A stretch of 61,827 bases of DNA, the filler included, from Cladosporium halotolerans (lineage: Eukaryota), in NCBI RefSeq assembly GCF_011745625.1. It is 5 parts of 5 records of this genome, joined end to end, with 100 filler letters (N's around TTAATTAATTAA, not from the genome) between each part and the next. Parts side by side here need not be neighbours in the genome. Positions count along the whole stretch, not along the records: positions 37,293 to 49,477 come from NW_027191581.1; positions 49,578 to 61,827 come from NW_027191582.1; 3 more parts are not named here. The stretch is one strand, 5' to 3'. Below the pieces are notes generated by a model. That model ran no database searches, was not told the DNA's origin, and saw only the letters and a program-made list of their open reading frames with translations. Shown piece after piece: positions 47,249-58,850 of the stretch. Within the stretch, counting starts at the first letter, position 1, and the number at the start of each line of letters is the position of its first letter. A program made the translations under genes and the position numbers.

Positions 47249-49477
47249 ATGGACATCTTTGAGTTCCTTCCTGACTTCAGGATGGTCGTGTGCAAGCTGT
47301 GTCAGAGCGCTGTCTGTCCTTCAGCTATAGGCACCCATCTTCGGCGCTCACACGCGAGGTACAACTCTAGCTCGGCATCGAAAAAGCAGATCAGACTTTT
47401 ATCAAGGGAATGCTGCCGAGACTATTGGAAACGTCTCTACTCGATCCGCGTAGTGAGCCAGTCATTGTACCCGCGATAGATCAGACACCGCTCCCCTATT
47501 TGCGCATCTATAATCGGTTTGGCTGCAGCTACTGTTCTCTCGTCTCGCAAGCGGTCGACAAGATGCGCACCCATTATACCATTGCGCACGCGCCGGAAAG
47601 AAGAGTCGTGGCGGACGTAAATGCTCTGGACCTCGCGCTATCCGTGAGCACCTAGAGCGGGAGCACTTCGGGGAGAAGCCACCTTGGGAAGCTGTCAAGT
47701 TCCAGCGCTTCTTTCGATCCGGACCTGGAAGTTCTGGATTTCGTATCAACCAACACGAGGGACAGCCTTTGGACATGAGCTCGTCACAAGATGAAGCAGG
47801 TGGGCAAAGAACGGAACGAAGCAACTCTGTCGCAAATGAAGTTTTCAAGACTCTTAATGCTCTCGAACTTGAATATGCACAGGAGAAGTCCGTGTTCCAA
47901 CATGCTCCCACGCAGACGCAAGTGTCTCCATGGTTGGAAATGACTCGATGGCCGAGCTTTCTGAACGGTGTCTCTCTGCACGACGCTGCCCGCCTTATGC
48001 GACTACCTGACGAAAGCGGGCCAGTCTTATCCGAAGTCATTTTATCAATAGACCGTTTGGTCGAGGCTGCCCACGCTTCTGTCAAACAAGATAAGATCAC
48101 CTTCTTCGCTCAAAAGTGCATTAGCTCGTTTCTGCCCAACAAGAAAGCGTACAGCCAGCCTCTGATGGTGGAGCTCCAAAAGTCCATATATCACCGCTAC
48201 AAGGATCTATGGAAACGACTTATATGCTTCGGTTATCGGTCCAACGACTCCAAGGAGGTACCACGGCTCCGACATCAACTGACTAGCCGGCAGACGGCCC
48301 TACTTGATGAGCTTCTCGCTGTCACCAAAGACCTCCTAGACAGACGCCCGGTAGGTGGGGAATTTCCAAATGAAGCTATAACGCCATACCTTACACGACG
48401 GATAGAAGACCTGTGTCTTGAACTTTGTATCGCCGCACTTGACCATCAGCTGAAGGGAGATATTTTTGAGAGCGTCGTACTCGCACTTCTTGCGGTGTCG
48501 GGAATTGATACTGCCAGATCAACTTTCTTTGAGGCACCGAATTACACATCAAAACTATCCGGTTTTATTAAGATCGGCCAAATGCTTGTCCTCGAAAAGG
48601 CTGTCAGGGATGTGGAAAGCGGTATGGTCGAAAATGCGTTGGATCCTCTCGATGATATGAGGGAGCGATTCATGACGATCTATAACTGTACACCATTTAG
48701 TTGGGCAGTGTCGATAAGATCATATGGCAAGAAAGTCCGGGATAGCGTCACGTCTTTGGGCTACATTCAGTGGTCTGAAGACGAGCAGACTGTTTTTTAC
48801 AAGGACCTCGAACTTCGGATTCATGCGTTCCGCGAATTTGTTGCAGTGCAGATGAAGCAAGCGCAAGGCCTTCTTGCAAGCCTCTTCATGGTTGGACCTG
48901 AAGAAGCCCGAGAGGACGTGATACCTGCAATGTCCCTCCATCGCATTCGTGACAATCCAACCGTCACCGAACCTGGCTGGAATTTTCTCCAAGACGACCG
49001 AAACAATGCTGTACTTCCTTTTCAACGGCGATGGCTACTGGGTCGAGTTGACAAGTTACGAGAGGAGTTTACATATCCCAGTCACTTCAAGAAGCTAGTC
49101 TGGGACAAGCAGGCGGTACAAAGGTACTGCAAACGAGTCGAAGCTTTTCTGGAGCGGCTGTTGCTATTGATCCATATCGCATCAGGGCAGCCGGCACGAG
49201 GAACGGAAATCACAGGTCTACAGCACACAAACTCAACGTTCCATCGTAACGTGTTCATCGAAGACGGTCTAGTCGCATTAGTCACGTCATATCATAAAGG
49301 CTATAGATGCACCGGTTCGACCAAGATCATCCATCGATACCTTCCCAAAGAGCTCAGCGAGCTGGTTGTGTACTAGCCCTGGATCATTCATCCATTCGTG
49401 CGAGAGCTCGATCTGCTCGTACCTGGCCCCAAGCCTCTAGGCTCGTCTTTCCTCTGGTACGACGGGAAGGGCAGCTG
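47249..49477 (+). pseudogene. DUF3505-type Zn-finger protein with tyrosine-recombinase-like domain (N-terminal part of a telomere-linked-helicase-like gene); frameshifted and cut by linker
   Basis: VVCKLCQSAV..IGTHLRRSH, GCSYC..MRTHY..H, SPWLEMTRW, HIASGQPARGTEI and TSYHKG..KIIHRYLP. Frameshifts at ~47400-47620 and a TAG at 49374. Confidence 0.82.
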
Positions 49478-49577
49478 NNNNNNNNNNNNNNNNNNNNNNN
49501 NNNNNNNNNNNNNNNNNNNNNTTAATTAATTAANNNNNNNNNNNNNNNNNNNNNNNNNNNNNNNNNNNNNNNNNNNN
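49478..49577. other. Artificial contig linker
   Basis: N-TTAATTAATTAA-N, 100 nt. Confidence 0.98.
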
Positions 49578-49715
49578 AACACTGCAGCTGTTATCAGCTT
49601 ATCTCGCGCTAATGTTTCAGGTTGGCTACATATATACAGTCCTTACCTCCAATATGTAGAGAATGTATGGGAATGAACATGCGCACGATGCTATTGATCA
49701 GAAAATGACCAACAG
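49578..49715 (-). repeat. Second copy of the LINE 5'-terminal sequence
   Basis: Closely similar to 15573-15710 (AACACTGCAGCTGTTATCAGCTTATC...GATCAGAAAATGA.CAACAG). Confidence 0.8.
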
Positions 49716-49763
49716 TAACTTTCCCAGAGTCGACAGCAGTGAGATGGGCCTCCATGCCTTCCT

Positions 49764-51285
49764 CGCGTCTGCCACCTTGATTACAGTCTTATTCACCATG
49801 CTCTGAATCTTCCGCCAGTCCATTGGAGTCAGATTAGAGCTCTCAGATCCACTGGACCTGTCGTTCGGGGTACATGGCTGCTCGTTCTCATCATCTGACG
49901 GAGTCGCAGCCTTTTTGAATACCTTCATTACCGTGGGCGGCTCGAAAGGCCTCAAGCCAGTCTTTGCCCATCCACTCTTGATGTTAGCCTCTGTGAATGC
50001 CTTCTGCCACGCTGGCCAGAAAAGACCGAGGAAATCACGCTTGTTGACCCCCGCGAGGCCCTCTGATTGTCTCATGTGCTCGTCTAGGCCTTTGCTGTAA
50101 GACGTAGCTAAGGGCGCGAACAGACTGACGTCCAATGGCTGCAGCCTGTGTGTCGAGTGAGGTGGGTGTACAGCGGCAAGTATTTTGTTGGATTGACACC
50201 AATCGAGGAATCGGATAGTCAGATGAGAGCCATGCCCGTCCAGATACAGCAGTCTCCAGCCCCCTCTTCGCTTTCTCCCTCGTTTCCCTGTCGAAGAAAG
50301 TTATTAACCAATTAAACCCAAGCTCATCGTTTGTCCATCCAATAACAGAGGATGCGAGGAACGCTGAGTTGTCTCCCTCCTTGACACCGTCCAACCAAGT
50401 GTCTTGGCTAGTGTTTGCCTGACCTTCGTAGATTATGCCCGGAGATAGAGACGTTCCATCTGCACATATCGTAGCCACAACAGTCACCCACTTCCTACTG
50501 CCATCTTGGACAGTGCCAATGAGCTTATGATTGTCAAGAAGAGCCTTGGTAAACACTCTTGCTTTTGGTGAGACACCCGATCAGGAATCACTTTTCATCC
50601 ATGCTGTACATGTTCTGTGGCAGTATGCCATACTACTCGATCTTACTGCTCAAAACGTCGAAGTACTGCTGAAAAGAGGCCATAGATTCAGCTTTGTGCC
50701 TCGAGACGTCCCATGTATTGAGGTATCTAGAATCCAACTCGTGGCTCCATCTGCTCACAAATCTTGAAGCCCAATTCTTCCCAGGCTGTCTTTTCGCGAT
50801 CTGACCGGCGATGTTGGCGACCATGTATGGTGTCGGTGGAAAACCTCTCTCACAAAGTCTATTTATATATTTGATGAGCACCCTCTCTTGCTTGGGAGAC
50901 AGGAATTGTTTTCGTTGTGTTGCCTGGGATCTTGAGCCACTTTCGTGATTGAATCTCCGGCTGAGGGTGCTTCTATTGACCTGAAATTTTTTCGCGACTT
51001 CTGAAATGCGAGGAATCCTTTGATTATTCAGATATACAACTGCTTTATCGATGGGAAGCATATGTGTTAAGATATGCGATGATCAAGGGCGTCGCGTCGC
51101 CTTCGCGACGCGCGTGCATTGAGTGGTGTTGTGAGCTGAGTGGGGAAAGCTTCTAACCTTCTGCGATTTCGCGGCTCGAGATTTTTTATTGGAGAAATTG
51201 GTCCATGCTGGCCATTGGTCCCACGAACATTGTAAATTATTGTTTTGAGAGTCCTGCGCTATCACTCGACTTTGCCCTCAACTGT
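49764..51285 (-). mobile_element. Pogo/Fot1-type transposase pseudogene
   Basis: HTH (VNRSTLSRR), CENP-B-like region (LCERGFPPT..PGKNWASRF), WVTVVATICADG, GWTNDELG, DGHGSH and LQPLDV, split by frameshifts. Possible TIR at ~51261-51284. Confidence 0.88.
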
Positions 51286-54200
51286 CATCCACAATCAACA
51301 GGGGAGGTTGCATCGAGTTAGGGTGCTGCTGGCACGACTCGTTCCCATGTTGATGCCCTGCACCAACGCTTTTTGGCTAGCCCTGGAGGAGTCTTCGTGA
51401 TGGACCATACTTCGTGTCACAGATCTGCGGAATACTCAAAAATTCGACATCAAAAATGCATATACCGAGGATACCATTGGAACTACCACGAGAAGGCACT
51501 AAGCGACTGGCGAATGTAGCGGAAGGCGACCTAGCAGAGACGTGTCGGACACGAGTAAAGAGGACCCCACAACCTTTCGACGAACGATGCGGCGTCCGAT
51601 AACCAGCGGAGCAACGAAGCCCAACGTGCTGTAGAGTCTCAATCGCGGATAGGTGACAAGTCCATCCAGAAACCGATATTCGGTAGCGAGTGACTAACAG
51701 AGAATGTGTCCGCTTGGCTTCCCCTTCACCTACTGCGCATCCGCTGTCCATTCCATCACTCACTTGACCATCCTTACGCCCAGTCTCTACTACTTATCAG
51801 TCCTGGCACTAATCATAAACACAAGATAAGCAACGTGCTTCTCGGGTGACGGAACACTCACCGCGTCTCTATTCGCACATCCGTGTGCACCTTTTGCACT
51901 CCGGCATCATGGATCAGGCTGTGCGCTTGACCGATGATGTTCATCACTTCTACCCACTGCCCCCCTGGAATTATCTTAGATCATGCGGAAACTGCTCTAC
52001 GAATAGGATCGTACTGATGCTCGTGCTCGAGTCGTTGACGGTGAAGCTCAAGCCGCTTTGCCGTAGCAACTGCTCGATCCTGACGATATAAGAGGATGTC
52101 GAAGGCGAAGCCGTGCCGATCTGTAATATGTAATTTTTAGGATGGGGAGGACCAGATTAAGGGCGTTGGTGGTTGGAAAACGTACAGGTATAACACAAAA
52201 GTCTACGACACAATGCGCAGGCATTGCGCTGCCGGTTTGTGCCGTCATAGTGGGTGGTCGGATTGATATGTGTAAAGAGAACAGATTCCTTGCCACGTAC
52301 GACCGACCTTCTTACGCTCCACAGGTGCAATACGACACGAGTTGGAATAGCATAGAAGATCCAGTATGTGTCGTCATCGCCCGTCACATCGTATGTCATC
52401 CAAGCGACCCGCGCGAATCGGAAACGTGGTGACTACCAGGCTCTGTGCTTCTATCACCGCGCCAGCCCGATTCGTTGTGTGTTCACGGTCACGGAACCCT
52501 CTTCATCAGAGCTTACGTTTGGGGCAGGGGAGGCATCATTTTTGCTCATCGACCGATGCATCGCCTGGGGATCAATCCTCATCGAGATTCTCGGTGATTG
52601 TCGGCAACATTATATGTCTGGTCGTGGAGACGTCGATCGCTAGGTTTGGCGTGGTGCTCGCACAAGGTAAGATGTGCTAAGGGCTTTGCTCCCTCTCGCA
52701 AAGTGCAGGGGACGTCATTTACACTCAGTTTGGTGTCCGTCTAGGTCCAGGCTATTGAAATATCCGGACTTTGCATCTCTCCAATGATCTTGAACACCAG
52801 CAAAGTATGAGGACAGACACAGACAGACACAGACAGTTCGTCTGCCGGATTCCACAACCAGAAGAAAACACAAGAGCCTGGCAATTACTTGAGCAGAACA
52901 GACACACGTCCCCTCGGCTGCAGACTGTCTGCGAACATATCCAAGTCTTGGCATGAACTTGGTCACCCTGCAATGGAAGAATTTTCCGGTGAATCTGTAC
53001 TTTTCATGGATAGCACCCACAAGTGTCGAAGCGAACGGCTCAGATGCCAACGCCTTGGTCTCCTTAACGGTGAGGCGATTCGCCGTGAAATATCCGATCA
53101 CATGCTGATGGTGTCGCAAAGGGAGGGGGTGGCTTGCGAACTGTTCTTTGGGCTGGTCCATGCGCGCATTGCGCGCGATGCGGGCTCGGGTGATCGAAAG
53201 CCAGAAACCATGATGTCACGCGAAGACTCACTGCGAAATTATTCTGCTGCTTTTGCTGGCCAGGCACTGTTCATAGGAAGGATTTCTATTGAGCGAAGGC
53301 TAGCGCGGGTCCAGGCACGAGCGGAGTTTGCCAGCAGCTCGTACCTTTCGCGATGCAGAGAAGGCGCGCCTTCGCTGGTCCGAGTGTCGATCTCCCATTC
53401 GGGTCTGGAGAACAGAACAGGCGGAGAATGAGGCAGAGTTTCCGTCGGGTTTCCTCTTAAGGAATCTTTCCCATGCACGCTGTCAAACGGTTCGCAACGA
53501 GAAAGGCCGTGCAGGAGCGAGACACATTCCGTCAAAGCGAGACGCTGGTGCAGTGTGCTGATCGACGGAGAAGTCGGCCAATCTAACAGCAGGCAAGCCA
53601 GCAGTCGCGCGATGTTGCGTGCGGCGAGCGGCGGGCCATCGCTCATGCGCGCAATATTTTGTGTCGGCATGGTAGCGAACACCATCTGGCGTATCCGGCC
53701 AAAAGACGGCGCGTGCCCCAGCGAGCGGGTGGAGAGGGCAGCGTCGAGAAGACGAGGAGCAAGCGCACTTGAGCTGGATATTAGAAGAAAATGATGCAAC
53801 CGCTCGACCAGCAACCCTATCTCGCACGACGCTGATAAAACCTTCATATTCTAGTCTTTGGTAAGTCCATCATCCATGACGTTTCTGCGAGCTCTCCGAC
53901 GCGAAACGCCCGCGTGTGTTTCTCGTCCAATCGCACATCATCCACCTTCCGCAGCTGTCATTACAGCTGCGGAGAGGGAAAGGCAGCGCGCCTGGGGCCC
54001 TAATGCACGTCCCGTGGATGTCTTGGCGTGGGGTCCTAGCGGCATCGGAGCTGTCCGCCGCCAGTCCTTTCTGGACTCGGCTGGCATCTGTCGTTATTTC
54101 TACGCTCGGGATTGTTGCTTTTATACCCGCTGATTCACCTTCGCCATCATATAGTCACCTATACACCTAAATGCATACCCCAATATCGTAACTAAACATC

Positions 54201-54339
54201 ACACGACCGACTCGCCTGTGTCTCTCCCTCTCCGCTGACTGGCCGACGAAGCAATCTCGGCTGCACTCGAGGCTGTGCAAGCGTCTCCAGGGCCTTTGGT
54301 AAGAAATTCCAGACATTTTAGCACCTCAACAAAGAAGTA

Positions 54340-55758
54340 TTGCAAATATCAGCGGGCGATCAAGCTCTCCGCCTATTGACGAAAGGAACTACCTCAAATA
54401 ATCACCATGAGTGGACACAAGGTACGCCTCTCCGATTCCATCCAAAATTCGGTCATGTCTCCCCTTGTTCCTGCATTTCTAATCGCAGCGTCGTACAGGA
54501 CATTTCGCGACAGATCAGGCAGTCTCGTCCATCAGTCAGTTCGACCGCAAACAGTCTTCCCACCTACCAATCATATAAACGCACACATTTCATTTCCCTG
54601 GGCGCCTCGGTCAATGGCCGCATCAGCCGGAGAAAGAGCTCATATTCTGCACCAAGCAACGCTGCTGCTATTGAGGCCACCGTCGATGATGGTGTTGAGG
54701 ACGGGTCGGTCGCCATTATCAACAGTCCTGACTCGCTGGCAAACGCCGCCGTGAGCTCGCTGGACGAGGACTCGCACCCTGCGATGCCCAGCAGCCTGCC
54801 GACACATCGCGACTCGGTGCCTAACCGACCGGGCAGCCACGGTAGCTCCCTTGCGCAAGGACAGTCCTCGTCTTCCATCCCTACAATGGTTAAACGGAGC
54901 GCCAGTCATGGCACTGGTCTAACGAAGGAAGAGAAGGCGGCGAAGGGCGAGCTGGATTGCGAGCATTGTGGCAAGGCATATAAAAACGGCAGTTGTTTGA
55001 CCAAGCATCTGTACATTATGCGCATACCCACGAGCATGGACCAGGGCTGACGATCGGTGTGCAGTTGGGAACACACGCCACAGTGGCAGTACACCTCGAA
55101 GCTGCAGATCTCCAAGCACCAGCAGGTGGAGCTGCTTGAAGCTGCATCCGTTTTGATATCAATGAACCAATGTGGTACAGGTTCCGACGGCAGCGACTTG
55201 CCCTCCCCTGCCGCCTCCAGATTGTCTGATGTACGCGGCGAAGATCTGTCCGACTATGGCTTCAGCTCAGTCGAGACGGCGCCGACTTCGCAAAGCAAAC
55301 ATGCCTACAGCGACCCGAACGTCAAGCGCTACAGGAATTCTAGCCGCGCCTACTCCCCCTCCTTCCAGTCCAGCTTCTCCGAGCCCTCATCCTGCACTTC
55401 CGGCTTCTCCAGCCGGTATCGACGGCAGAGCTCCTCAAGCATCCGGCCCGCCAACGCTGCGGAGGCTTACTCCGAGGAAGACGCCACCGACTCAGCGGCG
55501 GCCGTCGCTCTGCTCAGCTGTTCATATGGCACGCCCAAGAGCGGCCCTGCAGCAATGCCTGCTGATATTCCGTTCGTCCAGCCGCTGCCCGCGATATACC
55601 AGGGATGCTCGGCTCCCAGCCCGGCGTCCAGAGAGCCTTACCGCGGCCAGCAGGACGACGTGGACATAGAACGTCTGTCGGACGAGGATGCGCACGTTTT
55701 GCGCCACCACCACCATGAGGAGGAAGACGAGTGCATGTTCGGTAAGATGGACACTTAA
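54340..55758 (+). CDS. Conserved fungal single C2H2-finger protein; intron 55011-55064; true start uncertain
   Basis: Spliced sequence reads CEHCGKAYKNGSCLTKHL-WEHTPQWQYTSKLQISKHQQVELLEAASVL; the intron is GTACAT..GCTGAC..CAG. Confidence 0.8.
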
Positions 55759-56559
55759 TCTCCGGTGGCCACTGAGCGATGTAAAGAAGCCTCTCGGAAA
55801 TCCTTGTTTTACTTTGTTAGGGAAGTCATTGCCACACAGAAACAACCATCCGGACAGAGCATAATTGCGAGTCTTCTTCTGACGCAGAAACATCACTGAA
55901 TAATATAGAAAACAGAAAAATCGTTGAATCTTTGTTCTTTATGCTGAGGGGAGAGGGAACGAAAAAGCATCAGGCCAAAACCGAGTTACAACGTCCAAGC
56001 ATTAGCGTTCTATGTCACTATCTCTGAGCCGCTGGCCAGCCCTTTGGCGAACACCGGCGATGAAGCTAGATCAATGCTCGAGACTGGGTTCCTTACGATT
56101 TGTGAGTTCAGCTGTGAGGAAGCGGCCTCTTCGAGCCGTACTTGCAATGGGGGAGCCGGCTTCGAACAAACACTGTAGAGGTGTCTTTTTGAAAAAGGCT
56201 CAAAGAGGATCGACTTTGAATCTAAGACTGCGAACAAGCAGCTGCGAGACCGTGAGATAAAACAGCTAGTTCCTCAACAAGCCTCTAATAACTTTACGGC
56301 AGCTAGTAGCCATCCTGAGTAGTATAGCAGAACGAATTGGGGTCCCGTTCTTTGAACAACGAAGAATGTTCTATTACGGCTTCAAAATACTGCTCAGGCT
56401 GCGAGTTGCATTTTGAGAGCCAATACTTCTACGTGACATGTCCACCTGTTCCTCTTCCTTCCCCTTATACGTATTGACCCCTCAATTCTCTTTATGTGCC
56501 CGCACAGGAAGGATAATGACACAAAGCACGCAATCTGGGAGCAGCTGGCGATATGATAG

Positions 56560-56850
56560 CCCACTTGATAAGTTCAAGCAGCTCAAGGAAAGGTACGGGT
56601 ACGAACCCAGAAGTCACTTCAAACCATGTGTCAACCTGCGGTGGAACAAGCTCGACAGGTACTATTGTTTATCGGATGACACCTTCGAAAACAGAATCGC
56701 AATATTCCTTCATCCTCACTTGAAGATGGCTTGGTTCGAAAATCATTGGAGATGTAGGCCGGCATGTAATGCTGCGAAAGATGCGATCGACACAGCGTAT
56801 GCCCTTGCGAAGGCGAGATGGCCTCTGAACGCACAGGAAGCTGTTTCGCT
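56560..56850 (+). pseudogene. hAT transposase fragment
   Basis: VNLRWNKLDRYYCLSDDT..IAIFLHPHLKMAWFENHW. Confidence 0.6.
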
Positions 56851-57129
56851 GAATTCAGAGATGGGCAGAATGCAATCCTGCAATTATTGCGGACCCCCAA
56901 CATTGAATTGGATTCGATGGAGCTTCATTGAATTGACATTGGATTCAATGGCTGCATTGATCGAACAGTGCAAGGATTGGCGAGTTGGTCGAGGTCATTG
57001 TAGCTGGTTAATTTTCACGTATATGATCAAGCGGCTCCGGAGCATCCGAGGACATGCTTCAGGCTGTACTAAGGACGCAGATGCAGCAGTTGTAGCTCTA
57101 TATGCCGGGTTATCCTTATTTTCACTCAA

Positions 57130-58850
57130 CACTCTTGTATAGCCCATGCTGCCTCTTCAATCCAGCCATGCTTGCTTTGGCAATAGTTCTTAAATCACTG
57201 CCACTTCACCCGGGGTGTAGGAGGACGACGGCGTGATGTATAGGTGTGTCGTCGGTCTTTTTGTAGGAATAGTCGAGCTTCTGCCATGCGCGATTGACGT
57301 TGGCGGTGAAGTGATGTCCAAGCTCGAGCAGGGGTTTAGCAGCTCGGCAATCCGACCCCTGCTCCTGAGCTGTATCTCCCCCAATATTGCTCCGATTGAT
57401 GTGATTTTTGGATGCGCCTGTAGCCCTCGGATGATTTTGTGAGCTCCGCGTGCGTGTGCGTCGTGTTTGCAATGGTGATGGCGTGGCTTGAAAGGTCTGC
57501 GATTCGTTCAGCTGGCTTTCACTCGGCAGGTGCCGCTGACGGCTATCCTCAAGTCCCTTCAATATAGGAAGTACCTGCCATATAGCCTCCTTTACAGCAT
57601 AGTTATTCTTCATTGTTGGAGTGACCTGGCCCCGTAGCTTCATTGTGGCATGCTTACATGGCCTCAATAGATCAACGTATACGTTAATTACATGCCAATC
57701 GTTGGGGGTGAGCCGATCTTCGAGAAGTGAGGGCGTTTCGGGGGGAATGCGCGGTTGCGACCGTAATTATAGTCCTTTGCGTTGATAGTTCGCGAAAGCG
57801 ACGCTGTAATCATGAATCATCCAGAGCACAGTCGCAGAAGTCACCAGTGGCACTGCGAAGCCTCAATGCCCTTGATGCAGCGTCACACCAGCTATTCCAC
57901 CGTGTGAGGTTATCGCGGATCAGCTCCTTAGGAGCCTCAGATGGAGCCTCAGAGGCAGCTGAATCACTCAGCTGAGGATCAATCTCCTGCGGATGGCTCA
58001 GTTGCAAGCCAAGGAATACATTTCTGCGCTGCGTATAGAGCAGTTTTTATCTAATCAGCTCGTGTAGCTTCCCAATAGGTGCCTTCTTGCGCCAGCTGCG
58101 CAGATCAACCTCCTCAGGGGTGACGTTCCTAAACGCTTCTTCGAATGATTCAATATCCTCGCCAAATAGGAGCTGGTAAGCCACTAGATTGATTGTATGG
58201 CCCATACAGAAAATGCACCGCTTGCCCGCATCTTTATCGAGCTCCTGAGGTAGAAGGCGCATGAATGCTGTGTTCTCAGAGGCGTTGTCGGTAATAGCGT
58301 GGCCGAAGAGTTGTCGAAGCTCGAAGTGATTGAGGATGCCTACAAGCGTTGTAGCCAGATTGACAGCTGTATGGCTGCCAATATCCGTGGCAATACCAAT
58401 AGGATTGCTTGAGGCTTGTATTGCGCATTGAGATAATGCGCAATAACGCTCAAAGCGCCAATCTGCGGCCAGGGGACGTCCATAGATCGAGCGATAAACT
58501 AACGCGCGCGGTAGCCTGTTGGAGCTCGGATTCGACGGTAAAGAGCGCTTGTTTGTACGCAGCTACAATACAGCGCCGTGGGCTCCTTCTAGACGGTGTT
58601 GAGGCTTGTGGTTGAGGTCGTAGACATGTCAACAAGGCCTTGAAGGCAGGGGCTTCGATCTTGTGAGGGCAATGGCCTCGGTTGTGGATAAACGCAGTAG
58701 GAGCCCTTTGAACGCTCCAAAGTTGAAGGAGTCGGATACCGCGGTTGTGCTGCTGACGGCGTTGAAGCCGCCGTATTCTTCGATTGGGGTCGGTTTGACG
58801 ATTCTATTGGCTCCAAAGGCACGTCGCCTCCTTCTTAGATTCCATGCTGC
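57130..58850 (-). pseudogene. hAT (Restless/Tfo1-like) transposase pseudogene, interrupted by a LINE at 58851
   Basis: VSLSLDLWTSP, ITDNASEN, CMGHTINLV, IGKLH, DNLTRWNSW and AWQKLD..Y..TDDTP..AVVLLHPG, spread over several frames. Confidence 0.85.

Noticed and set aside
24890..49477. Contig 4 end and contig 3 start as two halves of one gene
   Set aside because: Both contain the same homologous segment with very different sequence, so they are paralogues.
51377..53850. Overlapping 60-200 aa ORFs
   Set aside because: No coherent frame or recognisable domain.
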